DNA of 64,000 nucleotides from Phycisphaerales bacterium (GCA_965227775.1 OZ245777.1:352001-416000), one strand, 5' to 3'. Counted from the stretch's first letter, positions 19,834 through 31,668 are shown. Numbers and translations are program-made. Notes: generated from the letters alone by a model not told the origin.

Positions 19834-22050
19834 ATGCCACCGCGTTCCTTCGAGATCGTCAGCAGCTTCAAACCCATGGGCGACCAGCCCTCGGCGATCG
19901 AGGCGCTGACGGAGCGGCTGTCTGCGGGTGCCGACGCCGCCACGCTGCTGGGGGCTACGGGCACGGGCAAGACGTTCACCATGGCCAACGTCATCGAGCG
20001 TCTTGGCAAGCCCACGCTCATCATCAGCCACAACAAGACGCTGGCGGCCCAGCTGTACGAGGAGCTCAAGGAGTTCCTGCCGCACAACAGCGTGAACTAC
20101 TTTGTCAGCTACTACGACTACTACCAGCCCGAGGCGTACATCCCCCAGCGGGACATCTACATCGAGAAGGACGCGAGCAGGAACGAAGACCTCGACCAGC
20201 TCCGCCTGGCCGCGACGAGCAACATCCTGAGCCGGCGGGACACGGTGGTGGTTGCCAGCGTGTCGTGCATCTTCGGTCTGGGTTCGCCCGAGGCGTATGG
20301 CGAGAAAGTGCTGACCTTCAGCAAGGGCGTGCGCGTCGATCGCCGACAGTTGTTCGCATCGCTCACGGCGATGCAATACAAGCGGAGCGATTACGAGTTC
20401 AGCCGCGGCCGCTTCCGGGCGCGGGGCGACGTCATCGAGGTGTGGCCCGCTTCGGAGCGGTTTGCCGTCAGGCTCGACCTGTTTGGCGACGAGCTCGACC
20501 GCCTGGAGCTGATCAACCCGACCAGCGGCGAGGTGCTGGCCGAAGAGGACACGTTCCACCTCTTCCCGGCGGTGCACTACGTGCTGCCCGAGGAGCAGCT
20601 CGAGACGATCTGCGACGACATCACCCGAGAGCTGGACGCCCGCGTGCTCGAGCTCCGCAGCGACGGCAGGCTGCTCGAGGCCCAGCGGCTGCTGGCTCGC
20701 ACGAAGTACGACCTCGACCTGCTCCGCGAGACCGGCAGCTGCCCGGGCGTGGAGAACTACAGCCGCTTCTTCGATGGCCGCATGCCCGGCGAGCGGCCTT
20801 TCACGCTACTCGACTACTTCGACTACGCGCCGCGGCCGGGCATGGGCGAGGCGTCGATGCTGCCTCGCGCCGAGACGAGCGACCAGCTGGTGCAGCGAGA
20901 CGACGGGCGCCGGTCGGGGCGGCCCAACATCGACGACTGGCTGGTCATCATTGATGAGAGCCACGTGACGCTGCCACAGGTGCGGGCGATGTTCAACGGC
21001 GACCGCATGCGTAAGGAGACGCTCGTCGAGCACGGCTTCCGCCTGACCAGCGCCCTCGACAACCGGCCGATGCGGTTCGAGGAGTTCGAGCGGATGGTGC
21101 CGCAGTTGCTGTTCGTCAGCGCAACGCCGGGGCCGTACGAGCTCGAACGCACGGGCGGAGAGATCGCCGAACAGGTCATCCGCCCAACAGGCCTACTGGA
21201 CCCGGGCGTCAAGGTGAAGCCCGCCGACGGACAGGTGCCCGACCTACTGGAAGAGTGCAAGGCTGCGGTCGCGCGCGGCGACCGCGTGCTCGTCACGGCC
21301 CTCACCAAGCGGCTCTGCGAGGACCTCGCGAGCTACCTTGACCAGAACGGACTTCGCACGCGCTACCTGCACAGCGACATCGAGACGCTCGAGCGGCTCG
21401 AGATCATCACCGACCTGCGCGAGGGCGCCTTCGACGTGCTCGTGGGCGTGAACCTGCTGCGCGAGGGCCTCGATCTGCCCGAAGTGTCCCTCGTCGCCAT
21501 CCTCGACGCCGATAAGGAGGGCTTCCTGCGGAGCCCGACGAGCCTGATCCAGCTCATGGGCCGGGCGGCCCGCAACGTGAACGGCCGGGTCGTGATGTAC
21601 GCCGACACGATCACTCCCGGCATGCGCGACGCGCTGGACGAGACCGACCGCCGCCGCGAGAAGCAGACCGCCTACAACGAAGAGATGGGCATCACGCCCG
21701 CGACGATCAAGAAGGAGATCCGCCGCGGCATCGAGATGCAGCTCCGCGCGCGCAAGACGGCTCGGGAGGCGGCCGGCAGCGCCGAGGAGGCCTTCGACAT
21801 CGCCGAGCTGTTGCGCGAGATCGAGGCCGAGATGCTCGAGGCCGCCCAGTCGCTCGAGTTCGAGAAGGCCGCCCGCCTGCGAGACCAGGCACGCAAGCTC
21901 AAGGAGCGCATTGCTCAAGGCGACACGGCGAAGGTCCGGCGGAGCGAACTGGACGAAGGCAAGCAGAACAAGCGCCAGCGCCGCAGCCGCAGCGGAAAGC
22001 CCGGTACCCCTGGCAGCAAGCCGACCCGGCGGAAGAAGCGGACTTCCTAG
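19834..22050 (+). CDS. uvrB: Excinuclease ABC subunit B
   Basis: GATGTGKT, YFVSYYDYYQPEAY, DESH, NLLREGLDLPEVSLV, C-terminal UVR domain (LEFEKAARLRD). Confidence 0.98.
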   Translation: MPPRSFEIVSSFKPMGDQPSAIEALTERLSAGADAATLLGATGTGKTFTMANVIERLGKPTLIISHNKTLAAQLYEELKEFLPHNSVNYFVSYYDYYQPEAYIPQRDIYIEKDASRNEDLDQLRLAATSNILSRRDTVVVASVSCIFGLGSPEAYGEKVLTFSKGVRVDRRQLFASLTAMQYKRSDYEFSRGRFRARGDVIEVWPASERFAVRLDLFGDELDRLELINPTSGEVLAEEDTFHLFPAVHYVLPEEQLETICDDITRELDARVLELRSDGRLLEAQRLLARTKYDLDLLRETGSCPGVENYSRFFDGRMPGERPFTLLDYFDYAPRPGMGEASMLPRAETSDQLVQRDDGRRSGRPNIDDWLVIIDESHVTLPQVRAMFNGDRMRKETLVEHGFRLTSALDNRPMRFEEFERMVPQLLFVSATPGPYELERTGGEIAEQVIRPTGLLDPGVKVKPADGQVPDLLEECKAAVARGDRVLVTALTKRLCEDLASYLDQNGLRTRYLHSDIETLERLEIITDLREGAFDVLVGVNLLREGLDLPEVSLVAILDADKEGFLRSPTSLIQLMGRAARNVNGRVVMYADTITPGMRDALDETDRRREKQTAYNEEMGITPATIKKEIRRGIEMQLRARKTAREAAGSAEEAFDIAELLREIEAEMLEAAQSLEFEKAARLRDQARKLKERIAQGDTAKVRRSELDEGKQNKRQRRSRSGKPGTPGSKPTRRKKRTS

Positions 22051-22065
22051 AGATCACAACGCACG

Positions 22066-22227
22066 ATGGACCGACGCGAAAAGCTCAAGACCTACTTCAC
22101 CGGGTTCGGGATCGGCTTGATCCTCGTTGGCTTCATCGTGTATGCCCGCTGGCGGTTCGCGCAGGCGAACCCGCCACCCCCACCACCGCAGCAACAGCCC
22201 CAACAACAGCCACAACAGACGCCCTAG
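22066..22227 (+). CDS. Small single-TM protein (53 aa) with P/Q tail; absent from the ORF track
   Basis: MDRREKLKTYFTGFGIGLILVGFIVYARWRFAQANPPPPPPQQQPQQQPQQTP*; fills the uvrB-nnrD gap exactly and has host-like codons. Confidence 0.7.
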   Translation: MDRREKLKTYFTGFGIGLILVGFIVYARWRFAQANPPPPPPQQQPQQQPQQTP

Positions 22228-23183
22228 CCACGCAGCGTGGTTACGGCCTCGGGGATCTGGTCGGCCAGGTCCGTGGGCGTGAGGCCCGCGCTGGCGTTGT
22301 GCCGCTCGCGCCAGAGCCTGGCGGCCTGAGCGTGTGCGACGACTGCGCACCTGGCGATCTCGAACAGCGTGAGCTTGCCGTCGTCGCCCATGTGCTTCAC
22401 CCGCTCGCCGAGCTTGGCACGAGCGAGCTCGTGCGTCACGGGGCGCGCGTGCTGGGCGATGAGCCCGCCGATGAGACCCGCGAGCACGTCGCCCGCGCCG
22501 CCGGTCGCGAGCGCCGAGTCGGCGGTGTCGTCGCTCCACGTCTGGATGCCGTCGCTGACCACCGTCCGGGCACCCTTGAGCACCACGACGCAACCGAGCC
22601 GCTGGGCGAGTTGCTCGGCTGCCTGCTGCCTGTGAGCGTCGTCCGTGGCGTTCGTGTCCATGCCGAGGGCGCTCGCGAGCCGCGCGAATTCGCCCGGGTG
22701 GGGCGTGAACACGGCGGGGGCGTTGAAGTCGAGGGCGAGCTGCGGTGTTTCGGCCAACTCGTTCAACGCATCGGCATCGATGACGACGGGCGTGAGCTTC
22801 TGCTGAATCGCCCGTAAGGCCAACGCCGCTGGGCCCGGTCCGCGACCGAGACCCGGACCGATGACGATCGCATCTGCAATGTCGACAGCCTCATCGAAGG
22901 TGGCGACCGCCTCGCTCGCGAGCACCGCGCCGTCTGCTTCGGTCTGCAGCGCCCGACCGGTTGCCTGGCTCGCAATCGAGAGCACCTCATTGAGCACGCC
23001 CTCGGGGCACAGCAACTGCACGAGCCCGGCACCGCTGCGCGTCGCCGCGAGAGCCGCGAGCGCCGGGGCGCCGATCATCCGCGTGGACGACAGCGCACAC
23101 CCGCCGACGACGGCAACGCGACCAAAATCGCCCTTGTGGCCGGTGGTCGCTCGCGGCGGCAGGATTGGCTTGCCCAGCGCCAT
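22224..23183 (-). CDS. nnrD: ADP-dependent NAD(P)H-hydrate dehydratase
   Basis: HKGDFG, GAGLV, IGPGLG, IDADALN, TPHPGEF, LKGA, ATGGAGDVLAG. Confidence 0.93.
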   Translation of the reverse strand: MALGKPILPPRATTGHKGDFGRVAVVGGCALSSTRMIGAPALAALAATRSGAGLVQLLCPEGVLNEVLSIASQATGRALQTEADGAVLASEAVATFDEAVDIADAIVIGPGLGRGPGPAALALRAIQQKLTPVVIDADALNELAETPQLALDFNAPAVFTPHPGEFARLASALGMDTNATDDAHRQQAAEQLAQRLGCVVVLKGARTVVSDGIQTWSDDTADSALATGGAGDVLAGLIGGLIAQHARPVTHELARAKLGERVKHMGDDGKLTLFEIARCAVVAHAQAARLWRERHNASAGLTPTDLADQIPEAVTTLRG

Positions 23184-24625
23184 CAGCGCGTCGCCTCGAC
23201 GTCGATCGAGATCGTTCCAAGCGTCGACGCGAGGCCGGCCCAGAGATCGTCAGGATCCGAGCCGTCCGAGAGCGAGAGGGCGATCTGGCACGCGTGCCGC
23301 GATCGCCGACGCTGCGTGGCGTCGAGATCAATCCACTGCTCGCCGGCTCCGTCCTCGACCAAAGCCTGCGTCCACACGTGGTAGACAAAGGCCGGCGGTG
23401 TGCCCGGCCCTCCGGGCTCGTAGATCAGCCCGGCGACGAGTTGCGAGGGGATGCCGTTCCCACGCAGCATCGCCGCGAGCAGCACGGCGTGCTCGGTGCA
23501 GTCACCCTCGCGGCTCTCGGCCGTCTCGGCGGCGCTGCCGAGCGCAACGCCCAGGGTTTTTCGATTGATGTAGCGATGCACAAACCCCCGCATGGCTTCG
23601 GCCCGTGCTGGGTCCGTCGCTGACGCGGGCAGCGACGCGACCGATCGCTCGGCCAGGCGTCGCACACGCTCGTCGTTGATTTCGAGCAGGTCGGTCGGTG
23701 CGAGCATCCGACGACGATCATCGTCGCCGAGTTCGACCCTTGCGCTCTCGGAATCGAGGTCGATCGCAACGCGAACCGAGCCATCGTCGAGCCGCTCGGA
23801 TCTCTGCACGGTCGTGGAGAGTGCGGGCGTGTCGGCGCTCCCCTTCAACAGAAACGACGCGGTTCGGAGACGCTCGTGGCCTCGGATCGCCCGCGAAGCG
23901 AACACACGCGTGGCGTCGATGAGATCCGGCGGGCGCGCCAGGGCTTGCCTCGCGGTCGCCTCATCACTCAGGATGATCTCCTGCGTCACGGCGCCGATGG
24001 CCGTCACCGCGCGCACGAGATTGCCGTCGGCGTCGAGCCACTCGTGCACGAGTCGATCCTCGTCGCCGCGACGCGTCTCGAATCGCACTGCCTCGATGGT
24101 CACGCCCAGCGCGTCGATCGCCTCCTGGCCCATGCGCGTGCGGCGGGTCGGGACGGGATCGAGACCGCTGAGCGGGTCGGCCACTTGTGTGCTGATCGAT
24201 TCGTCTCCCGCGGCGATGCGCTCGGCGAGGTACCGCCGCTCGGCGTCCGGGCCGATGTACAACCCGTCGGGCGCGGGCTTGATCGTCTCTTGGCCATCGT
24301 GCTCGATTCGGGCGGTGCGTCCGTCGAAGCGCCAAGTCGTCACCTCGTCGCGGTCGCCCTCGATGCGGCGGCGCATGCTGCTGAGGTTACCGTGGTCGAA
24401 CTCGATGACCTCACACTCGAACGCGGTGACCACAACCGCGCCCTGCCGACCGACAGCGACGCGCATGGCGGTGGTCGTGGTGATGAGGTCGCCGGCTTCT
24501 TGCCGCTCGATGGTCATCCAGCCAGCGGGCTGGCCCTGGAGCTCGACCACGTACCACCGAGTTTGCGCGATCGCGCTCGTGGAAAGTGCAACTACGAGGC
24601 CCACCATGGCCGCCAACCGGAGCAT
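23183..24625 (-). CDS. Secreted transglutaminase-like domain protein
   Basis: Signal peptide; catalytic triad motifs GDCTEHA, HVW and DAT. Confidence 0.88.
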   Translation of the reverse strand: MLRLAAMVGLVVALSTSAIAQTRWYVVELQGQPAGWMTIERQEAGDLITTTTAMRVAVGRQGAVVVTAFECEVIEFDHGNLSSMRRRIEGDRDEVTTWRFDGRTARIEHDGQETIKPAPDGLYIGPDAERRYLAERIAAGDESISTQVADPLSGLDPVPTRRTRMGQEAIDALGVTIEAVRFETRRGDEDRLVHEWLDADGNLVRAVTAIGAVTQEIILSDEATARQALARPPDLIDATRVFASRAIRGHERLRTASFLLKGSADTPALSTTVQRSERLDDGSVRVAIDLDSESARVELGDDDRRRMLAPTDLLEINDERVRRLAERSVASLPASATDPARAEAMRGFVHRYINRKTLGVALGSAAETAESREGDCTEHAVLLAAMLRGNGIPSQLVAGLIYEPGGPGTPPAFVYHVWTQALVEDGAGEQWIDLDATQRRRSRHACQIALSLSDGSDPDDLWAGLASTLGTISIDVEATR

Positions 24626-24675
24626 GGGTCATCGTAGTGGGCATCGTGCCGGGCTGGCAGGGGGTACGGTTGCCG

Positions 24676-25488
24676 GTGATCGATACGCACTGCCACCTGA
24701 CGTTCCCACAATTCGAGGGAAGGGTCGACGAGGAACTCGCCGAGGCTGCCCGCCACGGCGTCACCGGCTGCGTCACCATCAGCACGACGCCAATGAACGC
24801 GCTCGAGTGCCTGAACCTCGCGATGCGCTACCCCAACGTGTGGTCGAGCGCGGGCGTGCATCCGCTGTATGCGGCGGAAGGGCCGTTCGACCTCACGCCG
24901 CTGCGGCACTGCATCGCCCAGGATCGCTGCGTGGCGTGGGGCGAGATGGGGCTGGACAACCACTACAGCGATCCGCCGAGATCTCTGCAAGAGCCGGTGC
25001 TCATGCAGCAGCTCGCGCTCATACGAGAGATCGACCAGCCCAAGAGGGGTAAGACGATGGCTGGGGCTGGCAAGCCGATCGTGCTGCACTGCCGCGAGGC
25101 CTTCGATGATCTGATTCCGATTCTGAAGGACAGCGGCATCGCCGGAGAGCGATTCGTGTTCCATTGCTTCACGGCCGGACCGACCGAGGCGAAACAGGTG
25201 CTCGACTTGGGCGCGATGATCAGCTTCACCGGCGTCGCAACATACAACAACGCCCCAGAAGTGATGGCGGCGGCGGTGCTGACCCCGAGCGACCGGATCA
25301 TGGTCGAGACTGACGCCCCCTACCTGAGCCCGCAGCCCGTGCGCGGCCAGCGGCCGTGCCGGCCTTGGATGGTGTCACTGACGGCCAAGTTCATCGCCGA
25401 GGCTCGCGGGGAGCCTTTGGAAGAATTCGATCGCACGACGGACGCGAACGCTGGTCGCTTCTTTGGCATCGAAAACCCGGGTGCATGA
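24676..25488 (+). CDS. TatD family hydrolase
   Basis: DTHCH, GVHP, GEMGLD, HCREA, HCFT, ETDAPYL. Confidence 0.93.
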   Translation: MIDTHCHLTFPQFEGRVDEELAEAARHGVTGCVTISTTPMNALECLNLAMRYPNVWSSAGVHPLYAAEGPFDLTPLRHCIAQDRCVAWGEMGLDNHYSDPPRSLQEPVLMQQLALIREIDQPKRGKTMAGAGKPIVLHCREAFDDLIPILKDSGIAGERFVFHCFTAGPTEAKQVLDLGAMISFTGVATYNNAPEVMAAAVLTPSDRIMVETDAPYLSPQPVRGQRPCRPWMVSLTAKFIAEARGEPLEEFDRTTDANAGRFFGIENPGA

Positions 25489-25506
25489 GCCCCGATGCCG
25501 TGCTGA

Positions 25507-25848
25507 CTATCGCGTTCGGATCCGCCGGTGGTACGCGTAGGAACCGCCCGCGTAGTTGTACCCGGTTGGCCGGTAGTACGACCGGCCGAACGCGGCGTTC
25601 GGGCTGTACGTGTACGTGCCCGTGTTGCGGTTTACCGTGTACGGCGAAGCCGAGCGATACGCGTACGTTGACGGCTGGTAGGTGTTCCGGCGGCCAAAGT
25701 GGCCACCGGTGTGACGGTTGCTGCCCACCCCCATGTTGAGCCGCGTGTTGAAGTCGAGCGCGTACTGCGCAACGACGACCGTGGCGCTAAACGCCAGAAC
25801 AACGCACGCGCCGGCGATGAGCCACATCTTTGTATGACGGCCTCGCAT
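25507..25848 (-). CDS. Small secreted Tyr/Gly/Arg-rich hypothetical protein
   Basis: Start overlaps the FKBP stop codon; signal peptide followed by low-complexity Y/G/R/T/N sequence. Confidence 0.6.
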   Translation of the reverse strand: MRGRHTKMWLIAGACVVLAFSATVVVAQYALDFNTRLNMGVGSNRHTGGHFGRRNTYQPSTYAYRSASPYTVNRNTGTYTYSPNAAFGRSYYRPTGYNYAGGSYAYHRRIRTR

Positions 25849-26615
25849 CAGCGCACCTCCAGCAGCTTGACGTCGCCGATCAGGGTCTCGTTGGGACCCA
25901 CGCCCATCTCGGGCTTGCCGAAGCCGCCGTAGGCCAGCGACGGCGGCACGGCCAGCTGCCACCAATCACCGGCGGACATCTGCCCGATCAGCTCGCGCAC
26001 GCCCGGTGTGAGGTCGGCCATCTCGACCTCGACCGCTTCGCCCTCGGTGAACACGCGGCCATCGAGCAGGGCGCCGCGGAACGTGACGACCACCTTGGCG
26101 GCAGCGCCAACAGGCTGGCCCTGGCCCGACTCGATCACGCGGTATTGCGCGCCGCTTGGCAGCGTGACGGCGCCGGGCTGGTTCGCGAAGCTCGCGTGGA
26201 ACGCCTCGCTGCGCTCGAGGTTGCGGTCGTGTAGAGCCTTGAAGTTGGGGTCGTTCTGCAAGCGACGCTCGACGATTCGATCCTGCACGACGTGGTGGGC
26301 TGCGGCAAGCGCGTCGTCCATGGCCCTTGCGTCGACCTCGGGCTCGTTGCCCGTGACCGCGGCCGAGAAGCCCTCGACGATGCGGGCGTTGTCGAGCGTG
26401 ATGCCGTCGCTCTCGAGGCCGAAGCGGACCTCATCCCCCAAGAAGTAACCAATGGCGTAGGCGACCGCGTCGGCATCGGCCTCTCCGACGCGAGGCTGGG
26501 CTTGCTGCTGCGGGCGGGCATCGGCCTCGGGCGCGGCGTTGACAACGGCCACGCCTACGAGCGCTGCCGAAAGACCAAGGCCCAGCAGAGCGGCGGGCAT
26601 TCGAGCGTTCTTCAT
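25848..26615 (-). CDS. FKBP-type peptidyl-prolyl isomerase (FkpA/Mip-like)
   Basis: AYAIG N-domain, LPSGAQYRVIESGQG, VPPSLAYG, PNETL; GGAG RBS. Confidence 0.9.
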   Translation of the reverse strand: MKNARMPAALLGLGLSAALVGVAVVNAAPEADARPQQQAQPRVGEADADAVAYAIGYFLGDEVRFGLESDGITLDNARIVEGFSAAVTGNEPEVDARAMDDALAAAHHVVQDRIVERRLQNDPNFKALHDRNLERSEAFHASFANQPGAVTLPSGAQYRVIESGQGQPVGAAAKVVVTFRGALLDGRVFTEGEAVEVEMADLTPGVRELIGQMSAGDWWQLAVPPSLAYGGFGKPEMGVGPNETLIGDVKLLEVR

Positions 26616-26657
26616 GACATTCTCCGTTCTAGGTTCCGCCTGGCTGCCGGTCAGCGC

Positions 26658-27800
26658 TCAGCGGTCGGCGGTTGATTCGTCGTCGTTCGATTGCTCCGGC
26701 GGCGCATCGCTCACGCAGCGGAAGCCAAGGTGGCTCATGGCGGTGTCCGAAGGCGCCGCCATGCGGGCGCTGGGGCGGTAGCTGGCGCAATAGCTGTCAT
26801 TGCAAAGGAACGAACCTCCACGATGGATGTAGCTGGCCGCCGCAAGCGGGTTACGCGGATCGGCAGCACGTTCCGGGCCGCGCGGATTCACAAAGACAGG
26901 GTTCGCATCACCAGCGCGACTCGACTCGGATACACGACGCACGTACTCGTCGTGGCGGTACCGATCACTCGTCCACTCCCAGACGTTGCCTGCCACGTCA
27001 TAGAGCCCATAGCCGTTGGGCGGGAAGCTGCGCACCGGCGCGGTGCGCAAGTGGCCGTCTTCGAGCGTGTTGTTATGCGGGAAGCGGCCGTCCCAGATGT
27101 TCGCGCGCTTCGGTCCGACCGGCTCATTTCCCCAGGCATTCACCGCACCATCGAGCCCGCCGCGCGCGGCAAACTCCCACTCGGCCTCGGTGGGCAGCCG
27201 CTTGCCGGCCCATCGGGCGTAGGCGACCGCGTCCTCCCAGGCGATGTGCACGACCGGGTGGTCCATTCGATTGCCAACGCCCGAGCCCGAGCCCTCGGGG
27301 TGCTTCCAGCACGCGCCAGTCGTCCAAGTCCACCACTGGTCGTAGCGGCGCAGGTCGACCGGATGATCAGGCGGAGTGAACACGAGCGAACCGGGCTGGA
27401 GCAACTCGTCGGCCGGCTTGGGCGTGCCCTCGGGCAGCTGCTTCTTCAGCTCGTCCCAATCGACCGGCCGCTCGGCAACGGTCTTGTACCCGGTCGCGTC
27501 GACGAAGGCCTTGAACTGCGCATTGGTCACTTCGGTCGCGTCGATCCAGAAGCCGTCGACACGCACGCGGTGCACCGGGGCCTCGTCCAGTCGAGCCAGC
27601 GGATCGGTCGAACCCATCCAGAACTCGCCGCCTGGAATGTAGACCATGCCCTCGGTGCTGGCGGTCGTCGCTTCCTCGGGCTGGGCCAGCGCGGCGAGTC
27701 GCAGCGACATGGCATCAGGCGGTGCGCAGCATGGCGGCGGCTCGGTTTCCGGCGGATCCGCCTGGGCGAGCGCGAGCATGATGGTGGCCAGGGCGAGCAT
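26658..27800 (-). CDS. Formylglycine-generating enzyme (SUMF1) family protein
   Basis: FWMGS, EVTNAQF, HPVVHIAW, RLPTEAEWE, GNVWEW, RGGSFLCNDSYCASYR, GFRC. Confidence 0.93.
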   Translation of the reverse strand: MLALATIMLALAQADPPETEPPPCCAPPDAMSLRLAALAQPEEATTASTEGMVYIPGGEFWMGSTDPLARLDEAPVHRVRVDGFWIDATEVTNAQFKAFVDATGYKTVAERPVDWDELKKQLPEGTPKPADELLQPGSLVFTPPDHPVDLRRYDQWWTWTTGACWKHPEGSGSGVGNRMDHPVVHIAWEDAVAYARWAGKRLPTEAEWEFAARGGLDGAVNAWGNEPVGPKRANIWDGRFPHNNTLEDGHLRTAPVRSFPPNGYGLYDVAGNVWEWTSDRYRHDEYVRRVSESSRAGDANPVFVNPRGPERAADPRNPLAAASYIHRGGSFLCNDSYCASYRPSARMAAPSDTAMSHLGFRCVSDAPPEQSNDDESTADR

Positions 27801-27809
27801 CGGTGGATC

Positions 27810-28796
27810 CTACGGGAAGATCGTCTTCCATTCCTTGGCCATATCGACCACCACCCAGCCGCGCTCGTTGGCCTCGTCGAGCCCGCGTTCGAGCCGGCCG
27901 ATATGCGAGTCGCGGTCGTAGGCCCACTCGCGATCGGCGTCGGTGTGGTGCACGATCATGGCGAAGCGTGGGCCATCGCCAGCAGTCGTGTACTCGAGCA
28001 TCTGGAAGTCGCCGTCGGAGTTCCCCGCAGCAAAAACGGGCCGGCGGCCGATGTGCTGGTAGATGCCCACCGGCTTGCCCTCCTTGTCGTCGACGAACAG
28101 GCCCTCGGGCTGCTTGACGAGCACGGGCACGCCGTCACGCACCTCGTACTTCGCGGCCACGCTCGTTCCCACGACCTGCTCGGGCGGGATGCTGTAGACC
28201 TCCTCGGTGAACACGCGCATGAAGTCGATGCCGCCGCCCGAGACGATGAAGGTCTTATAGCCGTTTGCTCGCAGGTACTCGAGCAGTTCGAGCATGGGCT
28301 TGTACACCATCTCGGTGAACTTCTTGCCGGTCGTTGGGTGGCGGGCAGTCTCGACCCACGCACGAACCGAGTCAGCGAATTCATCCGTCGTCATGCCGGT
28401 GTGCGAGGCGGCCAGGATCTGCATAAGGCCTTCCTTGCCGGTCGCCATTAGGGCCTTCATGTCGCCGGCGATGGCGCTCTTGAACGGCTCCTGATCTTGC
28501 CACTCGGGATGGTCGGCGGCCATGGCCTTCACGCGATCGACGGCGAAGATGAGCTGGAAGTATGCCGGCTGCTCGGCCCACAGGCAACCGTCGTTGTCGA
28601 AGGTCGCGATGCGCTCGGCCGGGGGCACAAAGTCGGGCGAGCCCTCGGTCGTGGTCTTCTCGACGAAGTCCATGATGGCCTGCTTTGAGGGGCCGTCGTT
28701 CCAGGATGGCAGCATGTCCTGCGCGCCACTCTGAGCCCGGGCGAGCACGGACGCGCACGCCAAGATCACCATCGCCGCCAGCATTCGGAGCTTCAT
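27810..28796 (-). CDS. Secreted HAD-family hydrolase (nonspecific acid phosphatase-like)
   Basis: Signal peptide; FDNDGCLW, VSGGG, GNSDGD motifs. Confidence 0.9.
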   Translation of the reverse strand: MKLRMLAAMVILACASVLARAQSGAQDMLPSWNDGPSKQAIMDFVEKTTTEGSPDFVPPAERIATFDNDGCLWAEQPAYFQLIFAVDRVKAMAADHPEWQDQEPFKSAIAGDMKALMATGKEGLMQILAASHTGMTTDEFADSVRAWVETARHPTTGKKFTEMVYKPMLELLEYLRANGYKTFIVSGGGIDFMRVFTEEVYSIPPEQVVGTSVAAKYEVRDGVPVLVKQPEGLFVDDKEGKPVGIYQHIGRRPVFAAGNSDGDFQMLEYTTAGDGPRFAMIVHHTDADREWAYDRDSHIGRLERGLDEANERGWVVVDMAKEWKTIFP

Positions 28797-28861
28797 CGCG
28801 TCTTCCCCCTTGTGATAAAGCGGCCGATCGCCTTCCAGCGCTCGGTCGCAAGTGCGGCCGA

Positions 28862-30505
<1,644 letters not shown>

Positions 30506-30786
30506 TCTCAGGCTCCTTCTTGCGTTCGGCGGCCGGCCGGCCCCCGCGCCATGCGTGCACGCACGCCCCCACAGGACGCGTCGCGAGCGTCCAGTCTATC
30601 ACGAACCGGCCCGGAGCGAGATGCGTGTTGTCCCGGCCCGGCGCGGCTCCCTGGGGATGCCCCCAAATGGCCGGAACTTCGATCGGGGCGGACCGAGGGC
30701 TGACCGGGCTCCGATTTGGGGGGTCACGCCGCGTTCGATCGGCGAGACCGGCCACTGGATTACAGCACCGATCCCCAGCGCGCACA

Positions 30787-30818
30787 CAAAACGCCCCGAC
30801 ACGCGTGTGCAGGGGCGT
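30787..30818 (-). terminator. Probable terminator after the FN3-like gene
   Basis: ACGCCCC..ACACGCGTGT..GGGGCGT hairpin followed by TTTT on the minus strand. Confidence 0.6.
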
Positions 30819-30841
30819 CGCAAGAAAGGACGGGAGTCGAT

Positions 30842-31537
30842 TCAGGCCGCTTCGCTCTCGGGCGTGGCGGCGGACAGCGGGCCACCCGCGCTGCCGTCGT
30901 TGCCGAAGTTGGTCACCGACGGCTCGCTCCACTCGCTGGCCACGCCGTTGCTCAGCGTGGTGCGGACGCGGTAGAGCACTTGGCGCAGGCCGACCGGGAC
31001 GGCCGGGTCGATGAACTCCTTCTTGCCGATGGTCGCCAGCGACGTCCACGGACCGACCTCGCCGGTGAGCAAGACGGTCTGCCGCTGCACGTCGTAGGTC
31101 GCGCCGCCGCCGCTGGTGACGGTGAAGGCGACCTCGATGGTGCCGTCGGTGCGCACGCGTGTGCGCACGTCCTCGGGCTGGGCGGCCTCGCTCCGGGGCG
31201 TCGGCGGCGCGGGCGGGTCGATGTGGGCCCGCTGGTACACGCCCGGGTCGCCGCTGGACTTTGCGTAGCCCTCGACGATGTCGATGAGCCCGCCCAGCTT
31301 GGTGCGCAGGTCCTTGAAGGCGTTGCGCTTGCCGGTGCTGGCGGCCTTGGCGCTGCTGGCGGCGGCCGATTGGGTTGTCTTGGCGTTCTGTGCGGTGGTC
31401 AGCGTGGTGCCCAGCTCGGCGACCTGATCGGCCGTCACGCCGATGTCCGGCGGCGTGCCCTGGTTGCCGCTCCACACGGCGAAGAGGTCGGCGGCGTACT
31501 GCAAGAGCTGCGCGTCCTTAATCGGCTTGCGAGGCAT
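30842..31537 (-). CDS. Hypothetical cytoplasmic protein: helical N-domain plus FN3-like C-domain, ends in ...SEAA
   Basis: AAGGA RBS; Ala-rich helices, PPAPPTP linker, beta-rich domain (YDVQR...YRVR...SEWSEP); no signal peptide. Confidence 0.75.
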   Translation of the reverse strand: MPRKPIKDAQLLQYAADLFAVWSGNQGTPPDIGVTADQVAELGTTLTTAQNAKTTQSAAASSAKAASTGKRNAFKDLRTKLGGLIDIVEGYAKSSGDPGVYQRAHIDPPAPPTPRSEAAQPEDVRTRVRTDGTIEVAFTVTSGGGATYDVQRQTVLLTGEVGPWTSLATIGKKEFIDPAVPVGLRQVLYRVRTTLSNGVASEWSEPSVTNFGNDGSAGGPLSAATPESEAA

Positions 31538-31640
31538 TGTTTCATCCTTGAAATGGCCCGGGCGCTGCACGCGACCCCGGGCTGCCATCCCACCCCGCCG
31601 TCCGGACCCTCCGGCACGCCGCGAGCGGCTATCGAGGGGT

Positions 31641-31668
31641 TCATCGGGGGGATCGGGAAGTGACTTTA
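31641..31668 (-). promoter_or_regulatory. Sigma-28 (FliA/WhiG)-like promoter of the FN3-like gene
   Basis: Minus strand reads TAAAGTC-N13-CCCGATGA. Confidence 0.6.

Noticed and set aside
20820..20937. Intein in uvrB
   Set aside because: Too short and lacks the C/S start and HN-C/S/T end motifs
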